Below are positions 17,631 through 24,983 of a DNA stretch of 64,000 nt, in pieces. Origin of the DNA: Patescibacteria group bacterium (GTDB taxonomy: Bacteria > Patescibacteriota > Minisyncoccia > Minisyncoccales > RBG-13-36-15). The notes beneath the pieces were generated by a model. That model had not been told where the DNA came from. It saw nothing but the letters and a program-made list of their open reading frames with translations, and ran no database searches. Location: NCBI GenBank assembly GCA_022574775.1, contig JACZRI010000001.1, positions 95,631-159,630 on the forward strand. The letters run 5' to 3'. The position numbers and the translations under genes were made by a program. How positions within the stretch are numbered: position 1 is the stretch's first letter; each line of letters opens with the position of its first letter.

Positions 17631-17661
17631 ACCAGAGCACTAAACATAATTAGTGCTTGGT
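17631..17661. repeat. Family E hairpin (ACCRAGCAC / GTGCTTGGT)
   Basis: accagagcac-taaacataatta-gtgcttggt. Related copies at 37681 and 55745. Confidence 0.55.
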
Positions 17662-17742
17662 TGAACACATAACTCGTTGTGTGTTCTGATCCCGCGAAGT
17701 CAATCAATTCGAAAGGTTTACAGAATAATTCCATAAGAAACC

Positions 17743-17829
17743 GGTGGGGTGTCTGAGTGGTTTAAAGAGATGGTTTCGAAAACCATTGTAGTCAGAAGAC
17801 TACCGTGAGTTCGAATCTCACCCCCACCG
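17743..17829 (+). tRNA. tRNA-Ser(CGA)
   Basis: Acceptor GGTGGGG/CCCCACC, anticodon stem ATGGT/ACCAT, loop TTCGAAA, long variable arm, T-loop TTCGAAT. Confidence 0.9.
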
Positions 17830-17903
17830 CTAAAGAGTTTGTCCTGAACTTAGCATGGTTTAGGGCTTGAAAAATTTTGAAAAATCCTCTATAATTTGAA
17901 CAT

Positions 17904-18353
17904 ATGGAGAGCTTTTTTATTTTAGCTTTCATAATTCTTGTTTTTTTTATTTTCCTGACAGGTTTTTATCTATTCCAGCTAAAAAAAAGAGTAGATGTTT
18001 TTTTTCAGAAAGGAGATGAGAATTTTGAGAAACTTATTTCTTCTCAAATGAAAAAAATAGAAGAGCAAGAAGCAGATATCCAGACAATTAAGAAGGATAT
18101 CTCCGGGTTGGATAAAATTTCAAAGTTAAGCTTTCAAAGAATTGGATTGGTTAGATTTAACCCTTTTAAAGAAGTTGGAGGGGATCAGAGTTTTTCAGTT
18201 GTACTGCTGGATTTTAACAATAATGGATTTGTGATCACGAGTATTTATAGCAGAGATGGAAACAGGGTATATGCGAAGGCAATCAATAACGGCAAGTCCC
18301 AATACTCGCTTTCTAATGAAGAGAATGAGGCAATCAAGATGGCCATGGGCTAA
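17904..18353 (+). CDS. DUF4446-family membrane-anchored protein
   Basis: N-terminal TM helix, coiled coil, then RFNPFKEVGGDQSFSVVLLD..NGFVITSIYSRDGNRVYAK, typical of DUF4446. Confidence 0.6.
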   Translation: MESFFILAFIILVFFIFLTGFYLFQLKKRVDVFFQKGDENFEKLISSQMKKIEEQEADIQTIKKDISGLDKISKLSFQRIGLVRFNPFKEVGGDQSFSVVLLDFNNNGFVITSIYSRDGNRVYAKAINNGKSQYSLSNEENEAIKMAMG

Positions 18354-18609
18354 AATGACTAATGACAAAATCCAAATGACCAATAAAGCCCCAAACCCAA
18401 ATTACCAAAATAATATTTTAATTTCGGATTTAAGAAATTGGGATTTGCCTCATACCAATCCCTCACTTTGTTCAAGATGGTACGGGGCGAGCATCAATAA
18501 TGGGTTACTTGTTGGGATTTCATATACTTGTCCCGTACTCAAATTCGAAGAATTTGTAGTACCGGGGATTGAGAATTGGAGCTTAAGGTTTGGGATTTCA
18601 AAAAAAGTT

Positions 18610-20172
18610 ATGATTGAAGAAAAAAAAGAAAACTTAGCACGCTCGTCAACACATTTGGCGCAAGCTGATGGTGAACAGGCATCCCGTCCTCCTGTCGTAG
18701 TAGTTTTGGGCCATGTAGACCATGGCAAGAGTTCGATTTTGGAAGCTTTCAAAAAGAGTGTAAGGATAACGGAAAAAGAGGCAGGAGGAATCACTCAGCA
18801 TATCGGAGCTTATGAGATTGAACATTCTTCGGCAGGCTTAGGACAGATGAAAAAGATTACTTTTATTGATACTCCTGGGCATGAAGCCTTCTCTGCTATA
18901 AGGTCTCGCGGGGCAAAAGTTGCTGATCTTGCTGTGTTGGTAGTAGCTGCTGATGACGGGGTGAAGAATCAAACAAAAGAAGCTATTTCCCATATTAAAA
19001 AGGCTGGGATTCCTTTCATTGTAGCTTTGAATAAAACAGATAAGCCGGAAGCTGATCCTGAAAGGGTTATGAGAGAATTATCTCAACAGGAAGTTTTAGT
19101 TGAGCGGCTTGGTGGGAAGGTACCTTCTGTCAAGGTTTCAGCAAAAACTGGTCAAAAGATGGAAGAACTTTTAGATTTGATTTTACTGGTAGCTGAGATG
19201 GAGGAATTGAAGGGGAATATACACAAACCGGCAGAGGGGGTGGTGATTGAGGCCTATTTGGATAATCTAAGAGGACCTACTGCCACTTTATTGGTCGGTG
19301 ATGGAGTTCTGAAGACAGGGAACATTGTTGGCACTGATTCTGCCGTAGGCAAAATTAAAATTTTAGAAAACTTTCAAGGAGAATCAATTAATAAGGCTTT
19401 TCCTTCTATGCCGGTTGTTGCCTTGGGTTTTGATAAAGTACCTCGTATTGGAGAAAAATTTAAAATTTTCCCTGATCTTAAAACAGCTCAAAATAATACA
19501 AAAAAGGATATAAGTGAAAAAAGAGAAGGGGCGCAAGTTTTTGTCTCTGAATCAAGTAAAAAAATTTTGAGCTTAATTTTGAAAACAGATGTCTTGGGCT
19601 CTTTGGAAGCAATAGAAGAACTTTTAAAAGATATCCCTCAAAAAAAAGTAGCTGTAAGAATTTTAAAGGGAGAGGTTGGAGAAATTAACGAAACAGATCT
19701 GAAATTAGCTATGTCTGCGAAGGCTAAGGTTTTAGGTTTCCGTGTGAAAACAAATCCAAGGGCCGAAGCTTTTTCAGAGAAAGAAAAAATAAAAATTATG
19801 AATTTTGAAATAATCTATGAACTTTCCAAATGGGTTCGCCAGACGATGGAAAAAATCGTGGAACCTGAAATTATAAAGAAGGAGCTGGGAAAAATGAAGA
19901 TTCTTGTTGTTTTCCAGGGTGAGAAGAGCAAGCAGGTCATAGGAGGAAGAGTTCTGAAGGGAAAAATAAAAAAAGGGTCGGTAATTGATGTTTCCCGCAA
20001 CGAAGAAATCATTGGTAAAGGGAAATTAGTAAATCTTCAAAAAGATAAAAGAGATGTTGATGAGTGTGAGGTTCGCGATGAATGCGGCATACTATATGAA
20101 GGGTCTGGTAAGATTGAAGAGGGAGACATTCTGGTATTTTATAAAGTGGAGAGGATAAGGGGAAAACTATAA
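18610..20172 (+). CDS. infB: Translation initiation factor IF-2 (short form)
   Basis: G-domain VVVVLGHVDHGKSS, DTPGHEAF, NKTDK. Start set at ATG 18610. The track ORF from 18256 adds a repeat-derived W/C-rich extension. Confidence 0.9.
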   Translation: MIEEKKENLARSSTHLAQADGEQASRPPVVVVLGHVDHGKSSILEAFKKSVRITEKEAGGITQHIGAYEIEHSSAGLGQMKKITFIDTPGHEAFSAIRSRGAKVADLAVLVVAADDGVKNQTKEAISHIKKAGIPFIVALNKTDKPEADPERVMRELSQQEVLVERLGGKVPSVKVSAKTGQKMEELLDLILLVAEMEELKGNIHKPAEGVVIEAYLDNLRGPTATLLVGDGVLKTGNIVGTDSAVGKIKILENFQGESINKAFPSMPVVALGFDKVPRIGEKFKIFPDLKTAQNNTKKDISEKREGAQVFVSESSKKILSLILKTDVLGSLEAIEELLKDIPQKKVAVRILKGEVGEINETDLKLAMSAKAKVLGFRVKTNPRAEAFSEKEKIKIMNFEIIYELSKWVRQTMEKIVEPEIIKKELGKMKILVVFQGEKSKQVIGGRVLKGKIKKGSVIDVSRNEEIIGKGKLVNLQKDKRDVDECEVRDECGILYEGSGKIEEGDILVFYKVERIRGKL

Positions 20173-20175
20173 TCG

Positions 20176-20257
20176 TCTAAGTATCTAAATATTTTAGCAT
20201 TTAAACATTTTTCTAATTTCGATCTGTTTAGATGTTTATATGTTTGAATGTTTAAAC
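20176..20257 (+). repeat. Family A periodic hairpin between infB and rbfA
   Basis: Left arm tctaagtatctaaatattttagcatttaaacattt. Right arm ctgtttagatgtttatatgtttgaatgtttaaac. Confidence 0.75.
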
Positions 20258-20606
20258 GAGCCTTACGAAGCGTATTCAACGTATCAATCAACTTATAAAG
20301 GAGGAAATTAGTAAGATTCTTCTTAGGGAAGTTGATTTTCCTCAAAATACCTTAGTTACTGTGATGAGGGTGGAAACTTCTCCAGATTTGAGGCAGGCAA
20401 AAATTTTTATCAGCTGTATTCCCGAAAATAATAAACTAAAAGCGTTTAGAATATTACGTAAAAACCTTTCTTTAGTCCAAAGAAAAATTGGTGAGCGTCT
20501 TTCAATAAAAATAACCCCGAAAATAAAATTTATTGAAGAGAAAAAAGCTCAAGCAGTAGCAAGGGTTGAGGAGCTTTTGGAGGAGATAGATAATCAGAAT
20601 AATTGA
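20256..20606 (+). CDS. rbfA: Ribosome-binding factor A (start codon unresolved)
   Basis: KRIQRINQLIKEEISKILLREV...VTVMRVETSPDLRQAKIFIS matches the RbfA N-terminus. The frame opens at 20256 after a TAA. The first canonical in-frame start (GTG 20361) would delete the conserved helix. Confidence 0.75.
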   Translation, partial: TSLTKRIQRINQLIKEEISKILLREVDFPQNTLVTVMRVETSPDLRQAKIFISCIPENNKLKAFRILRKNLSLVQRKIGERLSIKITPKIKFIEEKKAQAVARVEELLEEIDNQNN

Positions 20607-20607
20607 T

Positions 20608-20680
20608 GGCCACGTAGCCAAGTAGCTAAGGCGACGCTCTGCAAAAGCGTTATACGCGAGTGCAAATCTCGCCGTGGCCT
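20608..20680 (+). tRNA. tRNA-Cys(GCA)
   Basis: Acceptor GGCCACG/CGTGGCC, anticodon stem ACGCT/AGCGT, loop CTGCAAA, unusual T-loop TGCAAAT. Starts 2 nt after the rbfA stop. Confidence 0.8.
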
Positions 20681-20722
20681 CAAATCAGAGTGCAAAATAA
20701 AATTTTGTGCTCCGGATATTAC

Positions 20723-20805
20723 GCCCGGGTGGCGGAATTGGTTTACGCAGCGGACTTAAAATCCGTGGCCTAAAAGGCTTGTGGGTTCGAGTCCCACCCC
20801 GGGCA
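20723..20805 (+). tRNA. tRNA-Leu(TAA)
   Basis: Acceptor GCCCGGG/CCCGGGC, anticodon loop CTTAAAA, long variable arm, T-loop TTCGAGT. Confidence 0.9.
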
Positions 20806-20806
20806 C

Positions 20807-20841
20807 TAAAAAACCCGCCCAGTTTAACTGGGCGGGTTTTT
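20807..20841. terminator. Bidirectional terminator
   Basis: aaaaaacccgccc-agtttaact-gggcgggttttt, between the tRNA-Leu and the convergent 3D-domain gene. Confidence 0.75.
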
Positions 20842-20913
20842 ATAGTGCATTAATCAAATATGGTTTTTATTTCAGGGAGTGGAGGCCGAGAAATGAAACT
20901 CTATTCGGATGCA

Positions 20914-21468
20914 TTAACTTTCTTGAATTATTTCAATATAAGTTCTCTTTGCTCCGAAGTTTTTTGCCTCCCAATAAGAAGAAAACCAGATATCAACGTG
21001 ATAATAACCTTTCCTGGAATTCATCCTGTCTTCGACCACGAAAATTTTATCTCCATAAATTTCTGGTATTCTGATTTTTGTCCCAAAAGGATATAAATTG
21101 TTTGCCACAATTCCATCTTTTACAAAGGTGCCGGAGGCAGTAATATACGGACTGTTGTCTGTTTCCCATATTGAGCTTGAATATGCCGTGATTACCATTT
21201 TTATTTCTTTAACAATATTAAGTTCAGTGCCTGTTGGTTTTGAAATTGGTAAAAGGCTGTTTCCTTGCACAACGGCAAACCCTTCATTTTCTTGGGTTTT
21301 TGGCGAAACGAAGTTAGCTTCGTTCTTCTTGGATATAAAGCTGAGAAATGGCCAAGCCCCTACTAAGCCGCCAAAAATTGTAACAATGATAAGAAGATTT
21401 ATTCCCCGTATTACCGGAGATTTTGCGATATTATGCATTTTAACCCCCTTTATTAAGGGTTTTGCCAT
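20914..21468 (-). CDS. 3D-domain (RlpA/MltA-like double-psi beta-barrel) cell-wall protein
   Basis: N-terminal TM helix. ITAYSSS..TDNSPYITASGT..GIVANN..FGTKIRIPE..FVVEDRMN...HVDIWF matches the 3D domain pattern. Confidence 0.65.
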   Translation of the reverse strand: MAKPLIKGVKMHNIAKSPVIRGINLLIIVTIFGGLVGAWPFLSFISKKNEANFVSPKTQENEGFAVVQGNSLLPISKPTGTELNIVKEIKMVITAYSSSIWETDNSPYITASGTFVKDGIVANNLYPFGTKIRIPEIYGDKIFVVEDRMNSRKGYYHVDIWFSSYWEAKNFGAKRTYIEIIQES

Positions 21469-21505
21469 AATACTTTATCCAGAAAGAGATGTCAACCCCA
21501 ATCAT

Positions 21506-22753
21506 TCAATCATTTCTTATGTATATTTTTATTCCTTTGAGCCAAAGAATGAGGGCGTATAAAAACGGGAGAACGCTCACATAGTATTTTAGGATAATAA
21601 CTTCTTTTGTTAACCAACCGAGAAATCCTTTTAATTTTAGTGGTCCTGCGTCAACAATTCCCCATTTTCCACCGAGGGGAATGACGAGTCGAGGCATCAT
21701 ACTTTTGCATTTTATAGCTTTTTTTCCATAAATGTCGTTTAAAATGTTTTTCGCCACAATCTTTCCTTGTTTGATAGCCATCCAGGCAGTAGCTGGCATT
21801 GGGGTTTGCAGTACAGAGTCGAAGCAATACAGATTATCTCCAACTCCAAAAATGTTCCTATAAGGAACAATTCTCAAGCAATCGTCCGATAATATTCTAC
21901 ATCCTTTTTCCAGCTTGATTCCATTTATTCTTTCAACGAGAGAATTTGCCTTTATCCCCGCTGTCCAAATGAAAACATCACAGTAAAGTTTTTCTCCAGT
22001 CTTTAATAGTATCGTTGAATCTTTAATCCCGGAAATCTGTTTGCCAAAAAAAAACTCTATTCCGATTTTTTTCATTCTCTTTAGCGCAGCCTTTTTTACC
22101 CAATCTGCAGCTCCCGGTAAAATTGTATCAGCAGCTTCTATTACTTTTACCTCCACTCTTTCTTTTACATGTCCCAATTCTGTTGATAGCTTTCTTAAAT
22201 AAAATACGAGTTCTGAAGCAAACTCACAGCCTGTGAAACCTCCTCCGCCTATGATAATAATAATCCGTTGAGTTGACTGTTTTCTTTCAAAAACTTCCTG
22301 CACGGCATTGCGGATATTCAACGCGTCATTGATATTCTTGAGGGGTAATGCCATTTCCTCGGCGCCTGGAATTCCAAAAAAATTAGTTTCCGACCCCAAA
22401 GCAAATACTAAATAATCAAAATCTAATGTATTTTTATTTTCTAAAATAATTTTTCTCTCTTTCAGATTGATATCATTAACAGTAGCTTGGACAAAATCGA
22501 AATACTTATTTGCCTTAAAGATTTTTTTGATATCTAAAATTGCTGTGGTATAAAGGTTTTTAAAGTCTATCCTTCTAGGGTATCTTTTCCCAAGGCTTGC
22601 TGTGGCTATTTCGTACAGTGAAGATTGGAAAATGTGATAAGGATTCTTATCCACTAAAATAATCTTAAAGTTGTCGGGAGTTTTGCCAATTAAATGTTTT
22701 GTGGCGGATATTCCGCCAAATCCAGCTCCGAGTATGACAATATTTTTAATCAT
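21506..22753 (-). CDS. ndh: Type II NADH dehydrogenase / FAD-dependent pyridine nucleotide-disulfide oxidoreductase
   Basis: Two Rossmann motifs, ILGAGFGG and IIGGGGFTGCE. 415 aa with a C-terminal hydrophobic tail. Confidence 0.8.
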   Translation of the reverse strand: MIKNIVILGAGFGGISATKHLIGKTPDNFKIILVDKNPYHIFQSSLYEIATASLGKRYPRRIDFKNLYTTAILDIKKIFKANKYFDFVQATVNDINLKERKIILENKNTLDFDYLVFALGSETNFFGIPGAEEMALPLKNINDALNIRNAVQEVFERKQSTQRIIIIIGGGGFTGCEFASELVFYLRKLSTELGHVKERVEVKVIEAADTILPGAADWVKKAALKRMKKIGIEFFFGKQISGIKDSTILLKTGEKLYCDVFIWTAGIKANSLVERINGIKLEKGCRILSDDCLRIVPYRNIFGVGDNLYCFDSVLQTPMPATAWMAIKQGKIVAKNILNDIYGKKAIKCKSMMPRLVIPLGGKWGIVDAGPLKLKGFLGWLTKEVIILKYYVSVLPFLYALILWLKGIKIYIRND

Positions 22754-22768
22754 TATCTTATTTTATCC

Positions 22769-22786
22769 CTTCGGTAGGCTCAGGGC
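22769..22786. repeat. Family F unit (TTCGRYARGCTCAGGGC)
   Basis: cttcggtaggctcagggc. Related to 34293, 46224 and 46426. Confidence 0.45.
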
Positions 22787-22830
22787 AAGCAAAAAAAACA
22801 ATCACCCAGAAAGAGCGACTGTTTTATTAG

Positions 22831-22902
22831 AGCGGGAGACGGGATTTGAACCCGCGATCTTCTCGTTGGCAACGAGACGCTCTACCACTAAGCTACTCCC
22901 GC
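22831..22902 (-). tRNA. tRNA-Gly(GCC)
   Basis: Acceptor GCGGGAG/CTCCCGC, anticodon stem TCTCG/CGAGA, loop TTGCCAA, T-loop TTCAAAT. Confidence 0.9.
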
Positions 22903-23011
22903 CTACACTTTTCTTAGCGAGCTACGGCGGGCAAGTTCCCGCAATAAGATCGCAAGACGATAAAAGCTACTTTTCAATGGTGCTTTGCGCTCCGTAGTTT
23001 TAGCGAAGGAG

Positions 23012-23083
23012 TGCCGCGGGTCGGAATCGAACCGACGACTTCTCGCTCTTCAGGCGAGAGCTCTACCCCTGAGCTACCGCGGC
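23012..23083 (-). tRNA. tRNA-Phe(GAA)
   Basis: Acceptor GCCGCGG/CCGCGGC, anticodon stem CTCGC/GCGAG, loop CTGAAGA, T-loop TTCGATT. Confidence 0.9.
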
Positions 23084-23099
23084 ATGCATTTTCAATTTA

Positions 23100-23172
23100 T
23101 GGACGGCATAGGACTCGAACCTATAACCTTCTGCGTGTAAAGCAGACACTCTAACCATTGAGCTAGCCGTCC
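23100..23172 (-). tRNA. tRNA-Val(TAC)
   Basis: Acceptor GGACGGC/GCCGTCC, anticodon stem TCTGC/GCAGA, loop TTTACAC, T-loop TTCGAGT. Confidence 0.9.
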
Positions 23173-23179
23173 ATATTTA

Positions 23180-23262
23180 TGCCCAGGGAGGGACTCGAAC
23201 CCTCACGCCCTTACGGGCATGGCTCCTCAAGCCATTGTGTAAACCAATTCCACCACCTGGGC
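23180..23262 (-). tRNA. tRNA-Leu(GAG)
   Basis: Acceptor GCCCAGG/CCTGGGC, anticodon stem ATGGC/GCCAT, loop TTGAGGA, long variable arm. Abuts the rplS stop. Confidence 0.9.
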
Positions 23263-23790
23263 TTATTTTTCTTCGAGTTCATTTTCCGATTTTTTTTCCG
23301 TTTCAGATTTCTGTTCAGGGCTTGTTTCTGCCGCCTTTTCTTTTTTAGTCTCTTCCGGTACTTTTTCTTCGGGAGCCACCTCTTTTGGTTCTTCAGGAGT
23401 TATAGCTTCTGTGAATTCTATTTTTTTCAACTTTGCCTTTTTTCCTTTTGCGGTTCTCAAATAATAAAGCTTTGCCCTTCTCACTTTTCCTCTTTTTATG
23501 ATTTCTATTTTTTCAATCGTCGGGGAATGAATCGGAAAAATTTTTTCTACTCCAATACCAGAAATCACTTTTCTTACGGTTATCGTTGCGCTTACTCCTT
23601 TTCCATGCTTTCTGGCAATAATTACTCCTTCGAAAACTTGGAGTTTTCTTCCTCCTTTTTCTTTCGAAGAAGCTTTCCCTTTTGCGATTTCTTTGATTTT
23701 TTGGTGAATCCGAACAGTATCCCCCGCTCTTATATCGGGCAAATCTTTTTTTAGGAAAGACTGTAAAAATGTTTCAATTTTTGTTGCCAT
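23263..23790 (-). CDS. rplS: Ribosomal protein L19 with a ~60-aa Lys/Glu-rich C-terminal extension
   Basis: [62 protein letters not shown], then an acidic/basic tail. Confidence 0.9.
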   Translation of the reverse strand: MATKIETFLQSFLKKDLPDIRAGDTVRIHQKIKEIAKGKASSKEKGGRKLQVFEGVIIARKHGKGVSATITVRKVISGIGVEKIFPIHSPTIEKIEIIKRGKVRRAKLYYLRTAKGKKAKLKKIEFTEAITPEEPKEVAPEEKVPEETKKEKAAETSPEQKSETEKKSENELEEK

Positions 23791-24556
23791 AATTTAATTT
23801 TTTTAAAACTTTTTCTAAATCCTCGGATAATTTTGATTTAAACTCTTTTTCTACTCCATCTGGCGATATTATTTTTAGGCGGCTCGCATGCAAAAAATGC
23901 CTTCGGAGATTTTTGGGTTTTTGCTGTCCTTTGAAGCCGTATAATTTGTCACCGGCTATTGGATGGCCAAGGTAAGAAAAATGGCAGCGGATTTGGTGTT
24001 TTCTCCCGGTTTTCGGGATGGCCTCAATCAATGTATATTCTTTGAATTTTTCCAGCGTCCTATATTCTGTAATCGCTTTTCTTAGACCTTTCTTTTTAGC
24101 TTCAGGAGCATTGAAAGAGAAAGCTTTTTGTTTTTTTTGATTTTTCGGAGCTCTTCCGAGCAACGTCTCAATTTTTCCTTGGCTTGGCATTAGATACCCA
24201 GTAATTAACAATAGGTATACCTTCAAAACCTTTCTCTCTTTAAATTCTTTTTGCAAGAACTTCAAACTTTCACCATTTTTTGCTACCAAAAGAATTCCTG
24301 AAGTTTCTTTATCTAAGCGGTGAACTATTCCATATCTCGGTGATTCTCCAACAGTTTTTATATAAGGAAATTCTTTTAAAAGCAAGTCAATTACTGTTTT
24401 TTCTGTAATGAGTTTTTCCCGCCTTTGGCGTCGCCTCTGGTGAACCTTGCCTTGGGCGGGAGGCTCGCCTTCTGGGGCGGCCGGGAAAACGACAATCCCT
24501 GTTGGTTTGTCTATAACGAGAATATTTTTATCTTCGTATATTATCTTTATATCCAT
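23774..24556 (-). CDS. RluA-family pseudouridine synthase (no S4 domain)
   Basis: Catalytic motif [16 protein letters not shown], also HQIRCHF. 17-nt overlap with rplS. Confidence 0.85.
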   Translation of the reverse strand: MDIKIIYEDKNILVIDKPTGIVVFPAAPEGEPPAQGKVHQRRRQRREKLITEKTVIDLLLKEFPYIKTVGESPRYGIVHRLDKETSGILLVAKNGESLKFLQKEFKERKVLKVYLLLITGYLMPSQGKIETLLGRAPKNQKKQKAFSFNAPEAKKKGLRKAITEYRTLEKFKEYTLIEAIPKTGRKHQIRCHFSYLGHPIAGDKLYGFKGQQKPKNLRRHFLHASRLKIISPDGVEKEFKSKLSEDLEKVLKKLNYGNKN

Positions 24557-24610
24557 GTGGTGTGAACCACATCGGGTTCACACCAATCCTGAACCCTTCG
24601 TGGTTTGGGG

Positions 24611-24684
24611 TGAGCGCGATCCGACTTGAACGGATGACCTCCTGCGTGTCGAGCAGACGCTCTAACCAACTGAGCTACGCGCCC
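24611..24684 (-). tRNA. tRNA-Val(GAC), anticodon loop with C at position 33
   Basis: Acceptor GGGCGCG/CGCGCTC, anticodon stem TCTGC/GCAGG, loop TCGACAC, T-loop TTCAAGT. Confidence 0.8.
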
Positions 24685-24690
24685 ATATAG

Positions 24691-24740
24691 TGCGTACGGA
24701 TGGATATTCGAACAATTGAACCTGTGATTATATCGATAAC
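24691..24740 (-). pseudogene. tRNA 3'-half-like fragment (degenerate T arm)
   Basis: Minus strand ends ..ATCCATC-CGTACGC-A. The T-stem 3' strand is identical to tRNA-Ile(TAT). The acceptor strand pairs 6/7 with the 5' half at 24923-24958. A 10-nt insertion disrupts the T loop. Confidence 0.45.
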
Positions 24741-24815
24741 TTTCATTTAAGATTTTTATACGCAGTCACCGATATATCAATGGCTACATTATATTTATTA
24801 ACTTCATCTCTCACG

Positions 24816-24888
24816 TGGGCGCGGATGGATTTGAACCATCGACCCCCACTTTATAAGAGTGGTGCTCTAACCGCTGAGCTACGCGCCC
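24816..24888 (-). tRNA. tRNA-Ile(TAT)
   Basis: Acceptor GGGCGCG/CGCGCCC, anticodon stem CCACT/AGTGG, loop CTTATAA, T-loop TTCAAAT. Flanked by a 12-bp leader/trailer complement. Confidence 0.85.
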
Positions 24889-24922
24889 ACGTGAGAGATG
24901 TTTACCAAATGAAAGCCATTGA

Positions 24923-24958
24923 TATAAGCCGGATGCTCTACCGCTGAGCTACGTGCGC
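24923..24958 (-). pseudogene. tRNA 5'-half-like fragment ending in an anticodon-loop-like CTTATA
   Basis: Minus strand GCGCACG-TA-GCTC-AGCGGTA-GAGC-A-TCCGG-CTTATA. The D arm is near-identical to the intact tRNA-Ile(TAT). No adjacent 3' half. Confidence 0.5.
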
Positions 24959-24983
24959 AAAATTTTAGAGGACAACTCGCAAT

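Noticed and set aside
18256-18609. N-terminal 118-codon extension of infB as drawn in the ORF track
   Set aside because: It overlaps the DUF4446 gene in another frame, then translates a repeat and hairpin region into a W/C/N-rich peptide. ATG 18610, just before the G domain, is more plausible. Kept as a finding for verification.
20139-20345. 68-aa minus-strand ORF between infB and rbfA
   Set aside because: It lies antisense to the family A hairpin and to the conserved N-terminal coding part of rbfA.
20604-20606. Alternative genetic code (TGA as a sense codon, as in some CPR lineages)
   Set aside because: TGA terminates well-defined genes at the expected length (rbfA at 20604-20606, and the minor pilins ending at 9898-9900 and 59982-59984). 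Trp is encoded by TGG throughout.
22671-23754. ORFs 22671-22997 and 23179-23754
   Set aside because: They run across four tRNA genes and antisense to rplS. The second is a poly-Phe/Ser artefact of the Lys/Glu-rich L19 tail.
24568-24591. Hairpin gtgtgaacc-acatc-gggttcacac upstream of the rluA-like gene, similar in shape to 26909-26934, considered as a further repeat family
   Set aside because: There are only two copies, and they share little beyond gaaccacat. That is not enough to call a family from this window.
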